The notes under the pieces are model-generated. The model was not told the DNA's origin. It ran no database searches and saw only the letters and a list, made by a program, of their open reading frames with translations. The translations under genes were made by a program, and so were the position numbers. From positions 178,684,001 through 178,748,000 of the forward strand of contig NC_091991.1 of the NCBI RefSeq assembly GCF_044704955.1: 64,000 nt of DNA. The letters are read 5' to 3'. Below are positions 61,127 to 64,000 of this stretch, piece after piece. Each line of letters starts with the position of its first letter. Positions within the stretch are counted from its first letter, which is position 1. The DNA is from Pristiophorus japonicus. Lineage: Eukaryota.

Positions 61127-61575
61127 TGTCAGCCAGTGGCTCAGTGGGCAGCACCCTCACCTCTGGATCAGAAGGAGGTTGTGGGTTCAAGTCGCAAATC
61201 TAGGCTGACGCTCCAGTGGCCGCACTGAGGGAGCGCTGCACTGTCGGAAGGGGCCGTCTTTCGGATGAGATGTTAAACCGAGACATGTCTGCTCTCTCGG
61301 CCGAGGGGGGGGATGTAAAGGACTGTATGGCACAATTTCGAAGAAGAACAGGGGAGTTGTTCCCGGTGTCCTGGGGCCAATATTTATCCCTCGGTCAACA
61401 TCACTAAAACAGATAACCTGGTCAATATCACATTGCTGTTTGTGGGAGCTTGCTGTGTACAAATTGACTGCAGCATTTCCGACATTACAAGAGTAGCTGC
61501 ACTTCAAAAATAATTAATTGGCTGTTACATGTTTTGGGACATCTGGTGAAAGGTGCTATATAAATGTAAGTCTTC
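61127..61575 (+). mobile_element. tRNA-derived DeuSINE (SacSINE1-like)
   Basis: A box gtggctcagtgg, B box gggttcaagtc, Deu core gtctttcggatgagatgttaaaccgag. Confidence 0.75.
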
Positions 61576-61859
61576 CCATTGTCACACTTAACTTTTTCAT
61601 GCCTTTTTATAAATTTGCATTTATAGTGAAAACTATGTAAACTTGTCACTCTGTAGTTACACCCAACCGCCAGTGATGGTGCTATAGCACCTCAATTTTG
61701 CATCCCTTAGCAACTCAGCCCAGACAGAGGAACTCCTATGTTCCAATCAGCTGTACTCCACTTTCCAGATATCCCAAGGTTTGGTATTTAATTACAAATA
61801 TCAAATAGACCAAAGGTAATATATCAAAATAGGGACAAAATGTATAACTTGAAAATGGT

Positions 61860-64000
61860 GGTTAAGTTATCTGATGAGTAATCCAGAGGACTGGACTAAT
61901 AATCTGGAGACGTGAGTTCAGATCCCACGACGGCAGCTGGGGAATTTCAATTCCATTAATTAAATAAATCTGGAATAAAATGCTAGTGTCAGTAATGGTG
62001 ACCATGAAACTACCGGATTGTTGTAAAACCCCATCTGGTTCACTCATGTCCTTTAGGGAAGGAAATCTGTTGTCCTCACCTGATCTAGCCTCTCTGACTC
62101 CAGACCCACAGCAATGTGGTTGACTCTTAACTGCCCTCTGAAATGGCCTAGCAAGGCACAGTTGTACCAAACCGCTACATAAGAAATAGGAGCAGGAGTA
62201 GGCCATTTGGCCCCTCGAGCCGAATAAGATCATGGCTGATCTGAAACAGTAATAATAAAACTAGATGGACCACCTGGCATAGACCTCGGCACCGGCTTCG
62301 GATACGACGACGGCACACCCAGCCCAGCCGACCCTGCAAAATGCTCCTCACTAACATCTGGGGACTTGTGCCAAAATTGGGAGAGCTGTCCCACAGACTA
62401 GTCAAGCAACAGCCTGTCATAGTCATATTCTCAGAATCATATCTTTCAGCCAATATTCCAAACTCCTCCATCACCATCGTTGGGTGTGTCCTGTCCCACC
62501 GGCAGGGCAGACCCACTCGAGGTAGTGGGACAGTGGTATACAGTCGGGAGGGAGTGGCCCTGGGAGTCCTCAACATTGACTCTGGATCCCATGAAGTCTC
62601 ATGGCTTCAGATCAAGCATGGGCAAGGAAACCTGCTGCTTTCCTACCACCTACCACCCTCCCTCAGCTGATGAATGAGCACTTCTCCATATTGAACACCA
62701 CTTAGAAGAAGCAATGAGGGTAGCAAGGGCACAGAATGTACTCTGGTTGGGGGACTTCAATGTCCATCCCCAAGAGTGGCTCGGTATCACCACTACTGAC
62801 TGAACTGGCCAAGTCCTGAAGACCATAGCTGCCAGACTGGGCCTGCAGCAGGTGGCGAGGGAACCAACACGAGGTAAAAACCTAATTGACCTTGTCCTCA
62901 CCAATCTACCTGTTGCAGATGCATCTGTCTATGACAGCATCGGTAGCGGTGATCACCGCACAGTCCTTGTGGGGACGAAGTTCCCGCCTTCACACTGAAG
63001 ACTCTCATTATGTTGTGTGGCTCTACCAGCGCGTAAATGAGATAGATTCAGAACAAATCTAGCAGCTCAAAACTGGGCATCCATGAGGCGCTGTGGGCCA
63101 TCAACAGCAGCAGAATTGTATTCCACCACAATCTGTAACCTCATGGCCTGGCATATCCTTCGCTCTACCATTACCATCAGGTGAATGAAGGTGCAGAAGA
63201 GCATGCAAGGAGCAGCACCGGGCATATCTAAAAATGAGAGGAAGCTACACCACAGGACTACATGCATGCTAAACAGCGGAAGCAGCATGCTATAAACAGA
63301 GCTAAGCGAGTCCACAATAAATGGATCAGATCAAAGCTCTGCAGTCCTGCCACATCCAGTCATGAATGGCGGTGGGCAGTTAAACAACTAACGGGAGGAG
63401 GAGGCTCCATAAATATTCCCATCCTCAATGATGGGCCGAGGCTGAAGCGTTTGCACCAAAAGTTCCGTATGGATGCTTCATATTCGCCTCCTCCATCACA
63501 GAAACCAATCTTTAGCCAATCCGATTCACTCCATGTGATATCAAGAAATGATTGATCATAGAAACATAGAAAATAGGTGCAGGAGTAGGCCATTCGGCCC
63601 TTCTAGCCTGCACCGCCATTCAATGAGTTCATGGCTGAACATTCAACTTCAGTACCCCATTCCTGCTTTCTCGCCAATAGAAACATAGAAAATATCGTTC
63701 TGGATACAGCAAAGGCTATGGGCCCCGACAACATCCTGGTTGTCATGCTGAAGACTTGTGCTCCAGAACTAACGGTGTCTCTCGCCAAGCTGTTCCAGTA
63801 CAGCTACAGCACTGGCATCTGTCCGACATTGTGGAAAACTGCCGGACAGGTATATCTTGACCACAAAAAGCAGGACAAATCCAATCCAGCCAATTACCGT
63901 CCCATCCGTCTACTCTCAATCATCAGCAAAGCGACGGAAGGTGTTGTTGACAGTGCTATCAAGTGGCACTTACTCACCAATAACGAGGCCACCGATGCTC
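61860..64000 (+). mobile_element. Degenerate LINE with a tRNA/SINE-like 5' head, APE (from 62341) and start of RT; small CR1 tails inserted at 62177-62243 and 63557-63693; runs off the window
   Basis: NIWGL...IFSES, LGDFN, EPTRG.N.IDLVLTN, SDH-like motif; KAMGPDNI, NPANYRPI.LLS. Confidence 0.8.

Overview
Eukaryotic vertebrate genomic DNA, very likely a cartilaginous fish (inferred from the CR1 LINE, DeuSINE-type and ~59-bp repeat content), with three N-gaps. It carries the conserved block MLST8(+) - BRICD5(-) - PGP(-) - probable E4F1(+). Visible are the last five coding exons of MLST8 (614-6004), a complete six-exon BRICD5 (35353->12352, 227 aa, reconstructed by hand from splice sites), two-exon PGP (49094->44896, exon 1 broken by a gap) and a CpG-island first exon at 60518. 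Much of the remainder is nested retroelement. The two most unusual items are: (1) a 312-bp polyadenylated retroposon with a 16-17-bp TSD at 15409-15720, built from U2 and U1 spliceosomal snRNA fragments whose hairpins are preserved despite sequence divergence (SINEU-like); (2) an env-less, retrovirus-like LTR element with two RNase H domains (49604-58724, lokiretrovirus/Odin-type architecture) lying ~0.5 kb upstream of PGP and itself split by a Mag-clade Gypsy element. All reference-sequence comparisons are from memory, not from database searches.
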